This document shows, piece by piece, positions 54,496 to 63,169 of a stretch of DNA of 64,000 nucleotides. The position numbers were made by a program, and so were the translations under genes. Source of the DNA: an uncultured Bacteroidales bacterium (GTDB taxonomy: Bacteria > Bacteroidota > Bacteroidia > Bacteroidales > JAKIYJ01); assembly GCA_964504265.1 (NCBI GenBank), contig CAZDEU010000001.1:4412-68411 (forward strand), given 5' to 3'. The notes under the pieces are model-generated. The model did no database searches. It had not been told where the DNA came from and saw nothing but the letters and a program-made list of their open reading frames with translations. Position 1 is the first letter of the stretch, and every line of letters begins with the position of its first letter.

Positions 54496-55158
54496 TTATG
54501 CATTATTAGTAGTTTGTTTCTCTAATTCTTTTCGCAACATGATATCAAACATTTTATGTAATTTGGGTTCAGATTTACTTTTCAACTTCTTACATAAATC
54601 AATGAAATCATAAAACAAATCTTCATCTATTGGAATTGCTAAATCTTCTAATAATATTTCAAACTTCTTATCATCATTTTTTGTCTGCTCATCATATTTA
54701 TTATCAAAACTAGACCAGGTAAAATTAGTTAATTTTACTAAATCTTCAATATCACTTTTACCATGAAAACAGGTCAATGCTAAATCATCAACTGTATATT
54801 TATCTGATAATTCTTTATAAATTTCAGCCAATTTTAATGTATTTGTTTCAAACCTACTTTCATTTAATTCAATACATTTTCTCTTGGCTTCTGATTCTTC
54901 AAGTTTACCGTGATTATAACATAAAACTTTTTTAATATCTGTAATTTGTTTTATTGCTTTTAATCTGTGGTTACCATCAATTACTTCAAATTTATCTTTT
55001 GATATTTCCCGAACATTTAAGTTAACAATTAAACCATTTCTTTTAATGTTATTTACTAATTTATCTATCTGTTTATTAGTTCCATCTTCTTTATAATTCC
55101 ATTCAGCATAAACTAATTTTGATACATCAATTAATTGAAAATTACTATCCATTAACAA
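54496..55158 (-). CDS. ParB/Srx-fold (ParB N-terminal domain-like) protein
   Basis: EVIDGNHRLKAI is the ParB-NTD DGxHR motif. Confidence 0.6.
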   Translation of the reverse strand: MLMDSNFQLIDVSKLVYAEWNYKEDGTNKQIDKLVNNIKRNGLIVNLNVREISKDKFEVIDGNHRLKAIKQITDIKKVLCYNHGKLEESEAKRKCIELNESRFETNTLKLAEIYKELSDKYTVDDLALTCFHGKSDIEDLVKLTNFTWSSFDNKYDEQTKNDDKKFEILLEDLAIPIDEDLFYDFIDLCKKLKSKSEPKLHKMFDIMLRKELEKQTTNNA

Positions 55159-55823
55159 TTACCTCCAAAAATTTTAATTATTTCATTGTTTCTTGAAATA
55201 TCATATTTATTACTTCTTGCCCTATCAAGATAATTTAATTTCAATGTTTCATTTATTTCAAAATCAGGTTCAATATTATTCATTTTAAGGGCTATATATT
55301 TTCTAACACAACTACCGCAATTACCGCATGGTTTATCTAATTTATGATAACATGAAACTGATTCAAATAATAAATTTTTATCATATCCAGAATCTATAAA
55401 CCATTTTATTATATCAGTTTTACTCATCTGCCAAAATGGTGAATCAATTTTAATTCTCGTTCTTGAAAATTTATTTAATATTTCGGTCATATCAGTAAAT
55501 GCTTCTGGATTCTTATCTTCTACCATATCACCTTTTATCCCCGCTATAAATATCTCATCACCATACCAAGAACCAATTAATGCAAGTAACAAATTTCTAT
55601 TTGGAACGAAAGCATTAACATCACTATTATAAAATAAATTTAGATTAGTTATTTCATGAATAGTTAAGTCCATAGATAATTTAGTAGCTATATTTTTTAT
55701 TGATTTAATTTCTTTCTCAGAATATTCTGTATGTAAATCAATATAAATACATTTAGGTTTATCCAAATAAAACCAGGCAATTAATGAATCAATTCCTCCT
55801 GAAAATAAAAGTATTTTTGACAT
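55152..55823 (-). CDS. queC: 7-cyano-7-deazaguanine (preQ0) synthase-like PP-loop ATPase
   Basis: LLFSGGIDS PP-loop, VPNRN, SCY...CGNCGSCVRK zinc cluster. Confidence 0.8.
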   Translation of the reverse strand: MSKILLFSGGIDSLIAWFYLDKPKCIYIDLHTEYSEKEIKSIKNIATKLSMDLTIHEITNLNLFYNSDVNAFVPNRNLLLALIGSWYGDEIFIAGIKGDMVEDKNPEAFTDMTEILNKFSRTRIKIDSPFWQMSKTDIIKWFIDSGYDKNLLFESVSCYHKLDKPCGNCGSCVRKYIALKMNNIEPDFEINETLKLNYLDRARSNKYDISRNNEIIKIFGGNC

Positions 55824-56141
55824 TTAATTATCTCCTTTCATTATTATATCTGACCATGTATCGTTTATATTTATTGCTTTATCATCTATATAATAATCTG
55901 CTAATAACTTATTAAAAATTATTTCATGATACTTTATATTATTATCTGATAACCATGTTATAGTTAAATCTTTATCTTCTATATATCTTGAAGTATAAAT
56001 AATTATTCTAAACCCATTAGTATACAAAGTATTTAATTTATTTATATTATTTATATTTGGTGTACATTTAGAAAATTCTGAATAATGAATTTTAGGTTCA
56101 TTTGTTAAACAACCGTCTAAATCAAAAGCAATAATTTTCAT
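55824..56141 (-). CDS. small HAD-superfamily hydrolase-like protein
   Basis: MKIIAFDLDGCLT is HAD motif I. 105 aa. Confidence 0.5.
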   Translation of the reverse strand: MKIIAFDLDGCLTNEPKIHYSEFSKCTPNINNINKLNTLYTNGFRIIIYTSRYIEDKDLTITWLSDNNIKYHEIIFNKLLADYYIDDKAININDTWSDIIMKGDN

Positions 56142-56144
56142 TAA

Positions 56145-57260
56145 CTACTCCTTTAAAGTATTATCAACATTAATTAACTCATCTATAATATTTATTTGTT
56201 GCGGGCACATTTTCAAACATCTTCCACACTTTTTACAACTTGATGCTTTATCTTGTTTTTCCATTAAACAATTATAACTGAATTTTGAATTATTTACCTC
56301 GTTATATATATTATAATTGTTATATAATGTAAAATTATAAGGAATATTTACACCGCATTTCAATGTTAAACAATACCCGCAATCAGTGCATCTAACTTTC
56401 TTCATTTTTTCAAATTCTTTTTTTATATTATTACATAATTTATAATCATTATCATTAAATGTATATTTATTATTTATAATATCTAAATTATACTTCAATT
56501 GTTGTATATTAGTTAAACCACTTAATAATAATGATACTTCATTAATATTCCAAATATAGTTGAAAGCTAATCTTATTGGGTTATTATTATTTATATTGAA
56601 CATGTTGGTAATATTTTCTGGTAAATTATTAACCAAATAACCACCATGTAATGGTTCCATTATAGCTATATCCATATTTTTAGTTTTTGCATATTTTATA
56701 CCTTCTATTCCGGCCTGAAAATTTATATCCATATAATTATGTTGCACCAAACAAAAATCAAATTTATATGTATCTATGATATGTTTGAATACTTCATTTC
56801 TATCATGAAATGAAAAACCTATATTACTTATCTTTCCTTGTGCTTTTGCTTCTAACATATATTGATATAGATTATTATTTATAACATCATTGAAAGTATA
56901 TTTATTTAGAGCGTGAAATAAATAATAATCTATATGATCTGTATTAAAATTTTTTAATTGTGTTTCTAATATATTAAAAAAATCATTACGGCTATTACAT
57001 AACCACACGGGCAATTTAGTTGAAATAAACATCTTATCGCGTATACTTTTATTTATTGCGCTACCTATAATTTTTTCACTATCATTATTACCATATATAT
57101 AGGCAGTATCAAAATAATTTATACCATTATCTACTGCAAAATTAATGAATTCTGATAATTTATTTTTTGTATCTGGTTGAGTATAATCCCAACGCATTAG
57201 TCCTGCACCGAATATTGAAATATCATTACCGCTAAATTTTTTATAATACATTAAAATCAT
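56145..57260 (-). CDS. aldo/keto reductase fused to a 2x[4Fe-4S] ferredoxin-like C-terminus
   Basis: GINYFDTAYIYGNNDSEKIIG and ISTK are AKR motifs. CTDCGYC and CKKCGRCLKMCP are Fe-S motifs. The start could be M4 (57251). Confidence 0.75.
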   Translation of the reverse strand: MILMYYKKFSGNDISIFGAGLMRWDYTQPDTKNKLSEFINFAVDNGINYFDTAYIYGNNDSEKIIGSAINKSIRDKMFISTKLPVWLCNSRNDFFNILETQLKNFNTDHIDYYLFHALNKYTFNDVINNNLYQYMLEAKAQGKISNIGFSFHDRNEVFKHIIDTYKFDFCLVQHNYMDINFQAGIEGIKYAKTKNMDIAIMEPLHGGYLVNNLPENITNMFNINNNNPIRLAFNYIWNINEVSLLLSGLTNIQQLKYNLDIINNKYTFNDNDYKLCNNIKKEFEKMKKVRCTDCGYCLTLKCGVNIPYNFTLYNNYNIYNEVNNSKFSYNCLMEKQDKASSCKKCGRCLKMCPQQINIIDELINVDNTLKE

Positions 57261-57264
57261 CCCT

Positions 57265-58077
57265 TTAGAATATTATATTTTCTCTTAAACCTTTACAATC
57301 ACTACATTTATTTGGTATTATTATTGGAGAATTATCTATCTCTTCAGTTATATTACCAAGTAAAAAATCATTATTATAACTCTTTCTACAACAAGAATAT
57401 ATATCACCATTATAATTGATAACGCCTAAATAATCTTTAACATAACATAAATCATTATTTGATTTATTATCTTTCCAAAAATTATACAAATCTATATTTT
57501 TATATTGAGGTATATTTTCGGCATACTCTGAACCAAAAAGTGGAATTGTTACAATATCATTACTTATTTCTGAAAAATCATTTATTAATTTCCTTGTTAT
57601 ATTCTCAGAATTATTATTTATTAAAGGTACTTTAATTCTTATATTATTATATCTCTTAATATTTGTTCTTATTATATTTTTCAGATGATTCAAAGCTTTA
57701 TCAATATATATATTTGTTAATTCTGTACTACTTACTGGGTGATATGTTATATTTATAAATTCTGCATTATCTAATAACCACAATATATCTGCTTGACTAT
57801 ATTTTAATATTTGTGTTAAATTAGTGCTTAATCCAAATTTTATGTTATTATTTATTATTTCTTTAAAAAATTCAAAACAATTTGAATTCAATAATGGTTC
57901 TCCACCACCTGATATCGATATATATGGTATGTTATTTTTCTTAATAAATTCTATCGCTCTGACAAATGTAGTCTGAGTCATCATATCTGATTTATTATCT
58001 CGATATTTACGAGTAAAACAATAATAACAATGTAAATTACATACATTACTGAAATGTAGTTCAATTGATTTTATCAA
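57265..58077 (-). CDS. radical SAM protein with Cys-rich (SPASM/twitch-like) C-terminus
   Basis: CNLHCYYC (CxxxCxxC), SGGGEPLL, and C-terminal CC...CSDCKG. Confidence 0.75.
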   Translation of the reverse strand: MIKSIELHFSNVCNLHCYYCFTRKYRDNKSDMMTQTTFVRAIEFIKKNNIPYISISGGGEPLLNSNCFEFFKEIINNNIKFGLSTNLTQILKYSQADILWLLDNAEFINITYHPVSSTELTNIYIDKALNHLKNIIRTNIKRYNNIRIKVPLINNNSENITRKLINDFSEISNDIVTIPLFGSEYAENIPQYKNIDLYNFWKDNKSNNDLCYVKDYLGVINYNGDIYSCCRKSYNNDFLLGNITEEIDNSPIIIPNKCSDCKGLRENIIF

Positions 58078-58874
58078 TGTTTTATACCTCTACTTTCCCA
58101 TAATTTAGTTATTTGTTCAATTCTACTGATATTGAGTTTTGTATCTTTATTATAAACATATATCTGATGTTCAGTATTTCGTCTATCTAAACTACTAATT
58201 GAATCAAATCTTGAAACTCCATATCTAAATATTGACCCAACAGAAGATGAATCACAAGAATAAAAAGGAAAATACTCAAGTACACTATAAGTAGTTTCTC
58301 CAAAACCATGTATCTTCTTATTTATTATCTTCTTATATCGGCCATCACTTAAACAACTCTTGTAAAAATCTTTTCTTGCACTTTTATGATAACTTTTTTC
58401 ACTTGAAGTTCCAATATAATCATAATTATCTAAATAATATTCTAGAAAATCCATTGACTCACCTTGATGAAATACTGGTAAAAACTTTAATTTTGTTATC
58501 TTTTCTAATTCCTTTATATTATCTAATGATTTTTGTGCTGATAATTCTTTATTTCTTGCATTCAAATAATCTAAGTTTGTATACACTATACTTTCACAAT
58601 TTTTTACAAAATTTGTTTTCTGTAACGATAATACAAATTCTGCATATTCATCTAATGATATTGATAAATTTTGAGTATATGCTGAATATGCCCCTGAATC
58701 TACGATTATCGATGGTTTATCTACTTTACTAAAAAATTCCTCAAGATAATCTAATTTATTTTTATAATAAAAATATGAAAATAAATAATTCTTCTGACCA
58801 CTAGTTAGGCCTAATTCATTTATATCTTGACCGCCTTTACATTTAATTATTGTCATTACAGTAAAATACTTCAA
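58074..58874 (-). CDS. dpdA: DpdA-like DNA guanine transglycosylase (TGT superfamily)
   Basis: IIVDSGAYSAY, LPVFHQGES..LEYY, YIGTSS, HGFGET and SCDSSS resemble phage DpdA as I recall it. Start placed at TTG 58874 (SD GGAGG 8 nt upstream). Confidence 0.6.
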   Translation of the reverse strand: MKYFTVMTIIKCKGGQDINELGLTSGQKNYLFSYFYYKNKLDYLEEFFSKVDKPSIIVDSGAYSAYTQNLSISLDEYAEFVLSLQKTNFVKNCESIVYTNLDYLNARNKELSAQKSLDNIKELEKITKLKFLPVFHQGESMDFLEYYLDNYDYIGTSSEKSYHKSARKDFYKSCLSDGRYKKIINKKIHGFGETTYSVLEYFPFYSCDSSSVGSIFRYGVSRFDSISSLDRRNTEHQIYVYNKDTKLNISRIEQITKLWESRGIKH

Positions 58875-58894
58875 AACAAATACCTCCAAATAGA

Positions 58895-59449
58895 TTACAT
58901 TATTTTATGTATCAAATCCAAAAATTCATTCTTGACCTGACTTTCTGAAAATACTCCTCGTATAGCACTAGTTATCATTTTAGTATTATTCTTCTTAACA
59001 CCTCTTGCCGACATGCAATTATGATGCGCCTCAATAACAACCATACAACCTTTCGGTGCTAAATATTTCATTATTGAATCGGCAATATCAGAAGTCATTC
59101 TTTCTTGTATTTGAAGTCTTTTAGCAAAGCAATCTACTAATCTTGCTAATTTACTTACACCAATAACTTTCTTATTTGGTATATAACCAATATGACATAT
59201 TCCATTAAATATCTGTATATGGTGTTCACAATTTGAATTAAAATCAATATCTTTCAATATTATCATTTCATTGTAATTACCATAACTTTCAAATGTTTTT
59301 GATAATATATCTTCTGGTTTCTGTTTATAACCTTCTGTTAATTCTTCCATTGCTTTTATAAATCTCTTAGGCGTTTCTAATAAACCTTCCCTATTAACAT
59401 CTTCACCAAGATATGTTAATATTTCTTTGAATTTATTTTCTACTTCCAT
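58895..59449 (-). CDS. folE: GTP cyclohydrolase I
   Basis: LGEDVNREGLLETPKRF and CEHH motifs. ATG 59449 aligns with typical FolE N-termini. An alternative ATG at 59515 has the better SD (AAAGGAAG) but overlaps queE by 76 nt. Confidence 0.85.
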   Translation of the reverse strand: MEVENKFKEILTYLGEDVNREGLLETPKRFIKAMEELTEGYKQKPEDILSKTFESYGNYNEMIILKDIDFNSNCEHHIQIFNGICHIGYIPNKKVIGVSKLARLVDCFAKRLQIQERMTSDIADSIMKYLAPKGCMVVIEAHHNCMSARGVKKNNTKMITSAIRGVFSESQVKNEFLDLIHKIM

Positions 59450-60027
59450 TCTGCTAATTTGTGAACTTGTGGAATTACTCTCGAGTTTGGTAATATTTTT
59501 TGAATTTCTTGACATTTTAAAAAACTTCCTTTCAGATTTGATTCTGGTTGTAATATTAGAGTAACATTTGATGGTACTTTAAATTTTAATACATCATTAA
59601 CATTATTTTTTTCATTTATAACTATTTTTACTTCTTTTGCAAATTTTAAATTATTAATCACATTTTTATTATAGTTTTTAGGGCTTATTGTTAACCAATC
59701 AATTTCATTATATATACTTTCTGTTCCTGACCCATTAGATTCCATTGAAACTGTATAACCTTTATCTTTTAAATTATTAATTAACTCAATTAAATTATCT
59801 TGTATTACAGGTTCACCGCCTGTTAATATAATATTTTTAGATTCAAATTTATTTTGTATAATATAATTTAAAATTTCTACTGATGTCATTTCTTGATAAT
59901 CTTGATGGTTTGTATCACAAAAAGAACATTTTAAATTACATCCTGAAAATCTTATAAATATACTTAAAATACCTAATTTAAGTCCTTCACCTTGAATTGA
60001 TTGGAATATTTCATTTACTTTAAACAT
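59440..60027 (-). CDS. queE: 7-carboxy-7-deazaguanine synthase (radical SAM)
   Basis: FQSIQGEG, FIRFSGCNLKCSFCDT, and C-terminal IPQVHKL. Confidence 0.85.
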   Translation of the reverse strand: MFKVNEIFQSIQGEGLKLGILSIFIRFSGCNLKCSFCDTNHQDYQEMTSVEILNYIIQNKFESKNIILTGGEPVIQDNLIELINNLKDKGYTVSMESNGSGTESIYNEIDWLTISPKNYNKNVINNLKFAKEVKIVINEKNNVNDVLKFKVPSNVTLILQPESNLKGSFLKCQEIQKILPNSRVIPQVHKLAEWK

Positions 60028-60039
60028 TAACTTTCTCCT

Positions 60040-60402
60040 TTATATATTAATAAAAATGCAAGAACATTCAGGCGATTCAAATAATTCAATATAATTTAAT
60101 TTCAAATCTTTATTTATATCATGTAACTCTTTTGACATTAATTCGTATAAATGCTTAGATAAATTTTCAGCTGTCGGATTAAAATCAACTTTTTCATTTA
60201 AATATTGATGGTCGGGTAATATATTATCAATTATTTTTTTAGCTTCTTTGAAATCTAATAACATACCACAATTATCTAATTTTGTCCCACCTATTGCAAA
60301 AATTACTTCCCATCTATGACCATGTAATCTTGAACAAGCACCTACATAATCATTTAATTTATGGGCTGCGTCAAAATGACTTTTGATTTTTAATTGATAC
60401 AT
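60040..60402 (-). CDS. queD: 6-carboxy-5,6,7,8-tetrahydropterin synthase
   Basis: HFDAAHKL...CSRLHGHRWEV pattern. 120 aa. Confidence 0.85.
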   Translation of the reverse strand: MYQLKIKSHFDAAHKLNDYVGACSRLHGHRWEVIFAIGGTKLDNCGMLLDFKEAKKIIDNILPDHQYLNEKVDFNPTAENLSKHLYELMSKELHDINKDLKLNYIELFESPECSCIFINI

Positions 60403-60414
60403 TTTTAACTCCTT

Positions 60415-60777
60415 TTACTGTATATTTTTTTTATTTCCAGTTATTTTATATTTTTCTGATAAACTAAAACATTCTTTTATAATATCATCATAATATTTCA
60501 TACCTGAAATAAATTGAGCGTCTATAACGCTTAATTTTTTATCATTTATTTGTTTAATTAAATCAGATTTAATTACTTTTGCTATTGTATATTTTTCATC
60601 AATAAAAGATTCCATATTTTCTAAAACATCTCGTTTAAATGATTCTTTTTTAGGTTTCAAATCATATTTTTCTATCAGGTCTTTCAAATCTTTAATATCA
60701 ATACCTAATTCCGCAGATGTCTTATTCAAATCATATTTATATTTAACTAATATATCTTTTAATTCTTGTGGTTTCAT
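60415..60777 (-). CDS. hypothetical protein
   Basis: 120-aa ORF. Confidence 0.4.
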   Translation of the reverse strand: MKPQELKDILVKYKYDLNKTSAELGIDIKDLKDLIEKYDLKPKKESFKRDVLENMESFIDEKYTIAKVIKSDLIKQINDKKLSVIDAQFISGMKYYDDIIKECFSLSEKYKITGNKKNIQ

Positions 60778-60780
60778 ATA

Positions 60781-61638
60781 TTATTCTCCTTTCAATTGCA
60801 TAAAGCAATCTAATAATTGTAATGTTTTAACTGTTTGAATGCTCGTTCTATAATCAGCTGCTGCTAAAATATTGATTTGTTTTGTATTATTTTTTTGTTT
60901 TAATAATTCTTCAAATAGTTTTGAAATTATTACCTTATTATCATATTTATATAATATTTTATCTTCAAATTCTTTTATATCTAATGATAATATTTTGTAA
61001 TTATTTATATTTTCTGCTATTTCAACACCGCTTATTGTTGATTGCAATAAATTAATCGCCTGTCGCATATCGCCGTTTGCATTCTGCGTTATTGCGGATA
61101 TATCTTTTTCTGATAATTCAGTATTTTCTTGTTCAATAATGTATTGTAATCTTTCTTTTACTACATCATCATTTAATTTATCAAATCTATAAATAACACA
61201 CCTTGATTTTATAGGGTCTATAATATTTTCTGAATTTGCACATAATATAAATCTTGCTGTTGATGAAAATGCTTCCATTGGTTTTTTTAAAGCATCTTGA
61301 GCATTTGCTGTAATGCGGTCGCACTCGTCGAGCATTATTATTCTTGGAAAGTTAGAATTTATTGATTTTTTACTTGCGAAATCTTTAACTTTTGTTCTGA
61401 TTATTTCTATACCGTTTTCATCACTTGAATTTATTTCTAAAAAATTTGACTTGTAATCTTCTTTAAATAAATATTTTATAAATAATTGTGCTAATGTTGT
61501 TTTACCACAACCAGCAGGGCCAATAAATAGTAAATTAGGTATATTTTTTGATTTTTTAAAATTAATTAATGATTCTATTATATTATCTCTACCTATAACC
61601 TCTGCTAATGTTTTTGGCCTATATTTTTCACTTAACAT
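60781..61638 (-). CDS. RFC small-subunit-like AAA+ clamp loader
   Basis: KYRPKTLAEVIG, GPAGCGKTT (Walker A), MLDECD (Walker B), KSRC (SRC motif). Confidence 0.85.
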   Translation of the reverse strand: MLSEKYRPKTLAEVIGRDNIIESLINFKKSKNIPNLLFIGPAGCGKTTLAQLFIKYLFKEDYKSNFLEINSSDENGIEIIRTKVKDFASKKSINSNFPRIIMLDECDRITANAQDALKKPMEAFSSTARFILCANSENIIDPIKSRCVIYRFDKLNDDVVKERLQYIIEQENTELSEKDISAITQNANGDMRQAINLLQSTISGVEIAENINNYKILSLDIKEFEDKILYKYDNKVIISKLFEELLKQKNNTKQINILAAADYRTSIQTVKTLQLLDCFMQLKGE

Positions 61639-61664
61639 ATTTTAAATATATCCTTTCAATTTAT

Positions 61665-61708
61665 TTTTAAATTATTTTATAATTATTTTTATATAAAATA
61701 AATTAAAC
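61665..61708. repeat. A/T palindrome P20 (type B)
   Basis: The right arm contains the stop codon of 61703..62272. Confidence 0.9.
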
Positions 61709-62272
61709 TTCTTTTTTAAATCGATATTTACCTAAAAATTGCCATATATTATAAGGCTTTTTTTCTGGTTTCATATTTGATAATAAAACATTTAGATATT
61801 TACTATTACATTTATAAAGCATATTATCAATATTATTTATTATTTCTAAATTTTCATCACAAAATTTATTATAACAACCGTAAAACCATTTTAAAATGCT
61901 TTCATATGCAATATTCTCATTATTTAATATATTTAATACTTTTGCCCTATCTTTTTCAAATAATATCATTTCAATGATTTTCATATAATCGATATTATTT
62001 GATTTGTCGATTAACTCAATTTTATCTTTGAAATCTTTGTAGTATTCTGGTAATTTGTCAAATACCAATATTATTGGATTATTTGCATTTAATATTATCT
62101 GCTTTATATCGTTTGCCCGTAAACCTAATTCTTTAACATTAACTACATATGTTTTGCCTTCAATATTTTTGTTTATCATTGAATTTATATCTTTTGTATC
62201 TAATACAATATAGTCCTTATAATCAATTTTTAAATCTCCAATATAAAAGCATATTATTTTTTCTTTTGCCAT
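61703..62272 (-). CDS. hypothetical protein (possible clamp-loader accessory subunit, position only)
   Basis: 189 aa between the clamp and the clamp loader. Confidence 0.3.
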   Translation of the reverse strand: MAKEKIICFYIGDLKIDYKDYIVLDTKDINSMINKNIEGKTYVVNVKELGLRANDIKQIILNANNPIILVFDKLPEYYKDFKDKIELIDKSNNIDYMKIIEMILFEKDRAKVLNILNNENIAYESILKWFYGCYNKFCDENLEIINNIDNMLYKCNSKYLNVLLSNMKPEKKPYNIWQFLGKYRFKKEV

Positions 62273-62285
62273 TTATTATCCCACC

Positions 62286-62323
62286 TTAAAACATAGTTTA
62301 TTTTAAGTTTAAGATAGGATAAT
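62286..62323 (-). repeat. 35-nt motif copy d (minus orientation, directly upstream of SD of 61703..62272)
   Basis: Reverse complement reads ATTATCCTATCTTAAACTTAAAATAAACTATGTTTTAA, followed by GGTGGG and ATG. Confidence 0.8.
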
Positions 62324-62367
62324 AATACTTAATGATATTTATATCATTTTATTATTACCCTATCTTT
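62311..62367 (-). terminator. long compound hairpin after the clamp gene
   Basis: AAGATAGGATAATAATA / TATTATTACCCTATCTT (one mismatch) with an inner ATGATAT / ATATCAT stem. Confidence 0.5.
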
Positions 62368-62389
62368 AAAAGCCGTTTAAATATATAAT

Positions 62390-63169
62390 TTAGAAATCAT
62401 TTGAATCGTTTGAATTTGTCATAAAGTAATAACAATTATCAGCATAAATTAGTAATCCTGTATCATTAGTTCCATCAACAAAAAATATAACTTCTTCAGT
62501 TGATTTTAAAATCGTTTCTGTGATTTTTCTAAAATCATCACCAAACTTAACTTTAAATGGATTACTCATATTTGATAAATCTGTATCAATAAAAGATTTA
62601 ATGCTATCACCTGCATTGGAAATATCAACATTAATTTTGTTTTCCGCAGGCATAAATTCAAATTCAACTTTATTAACACCTAAATCTTTTGCATCAACAT
62701 TTATTGCATTAATATCTTTATCCATAATTGTAAACATTTTGTCTAATTTATATTCACCAGTTGAGCATTTATATACTTTTTCTTTACGATTAAATGTAAT
62801 TGTTGATATTGTATTGCTATTGATATTTTCAGGCGTTGAGGCTACTAATTCAATTTTCTTTTTATCCGTTTTAAATTTTATCATATCACCGTCAAATGAT
62901 AATTCAACTGTATCACCATTTATTTTATCTAATGTATTGTTAAAAAGATTGATATTGTTAATAACTAATTGGTTAATATCATTTTCAATCATTTCATTTT
63001 TTGATGTATGGATAATGTCAACATAAAATGTTTTAGCCTTATTTAATCCTTTAAATTTAAACTTATCCTCTGTAACTTCAATTACTGCGTCCTCGATATT
63101 ATTACCTACTGTTACTTTTTTAAGAAATTTCTGAAATTCCTGTTTGTTTGCTTTGAATTTTAAACTCAT
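62390..63169 (-). CDS. sliding clamp (PCNA/gp45-like), by size and context
   Basis: 259 aa. Located between the helicase and clamp-loader genes. No diagnostic motif. Confidence 0.4.
   Translation of the reverse strand: MSLKFKANKQEFQKFLKKVTVGNNIEDAVIEVTEDKFKFKGLNKAKTFYVDIIHTSKNEMIENDINQLVINNINLFNNTLDKINGDTVELSFDGDMIKFKTDKKKIELVASTPENINSNTISTITFNRKEKVYKCSTGEYKLDKMFTIMDKDINAINVDAKDLGVNKVEFEFMPAENKINVDISNAGDSIKSFIDTDLSNMSNPFKVKFGDDFRKITETILKSTEEVIFFVDGTNDTGLLIYADNCYYFMTNSNDSNDF

Noticed and set aside
2576-61708. A/T palindromic repeats as a possible CRISPR array.
   Set aside because: Copies are dispersed one per gene junction over 59 kb, with genes rather than short spacers between them. They are A/T-only, occur in both loop orientations, and no cas genes are present.
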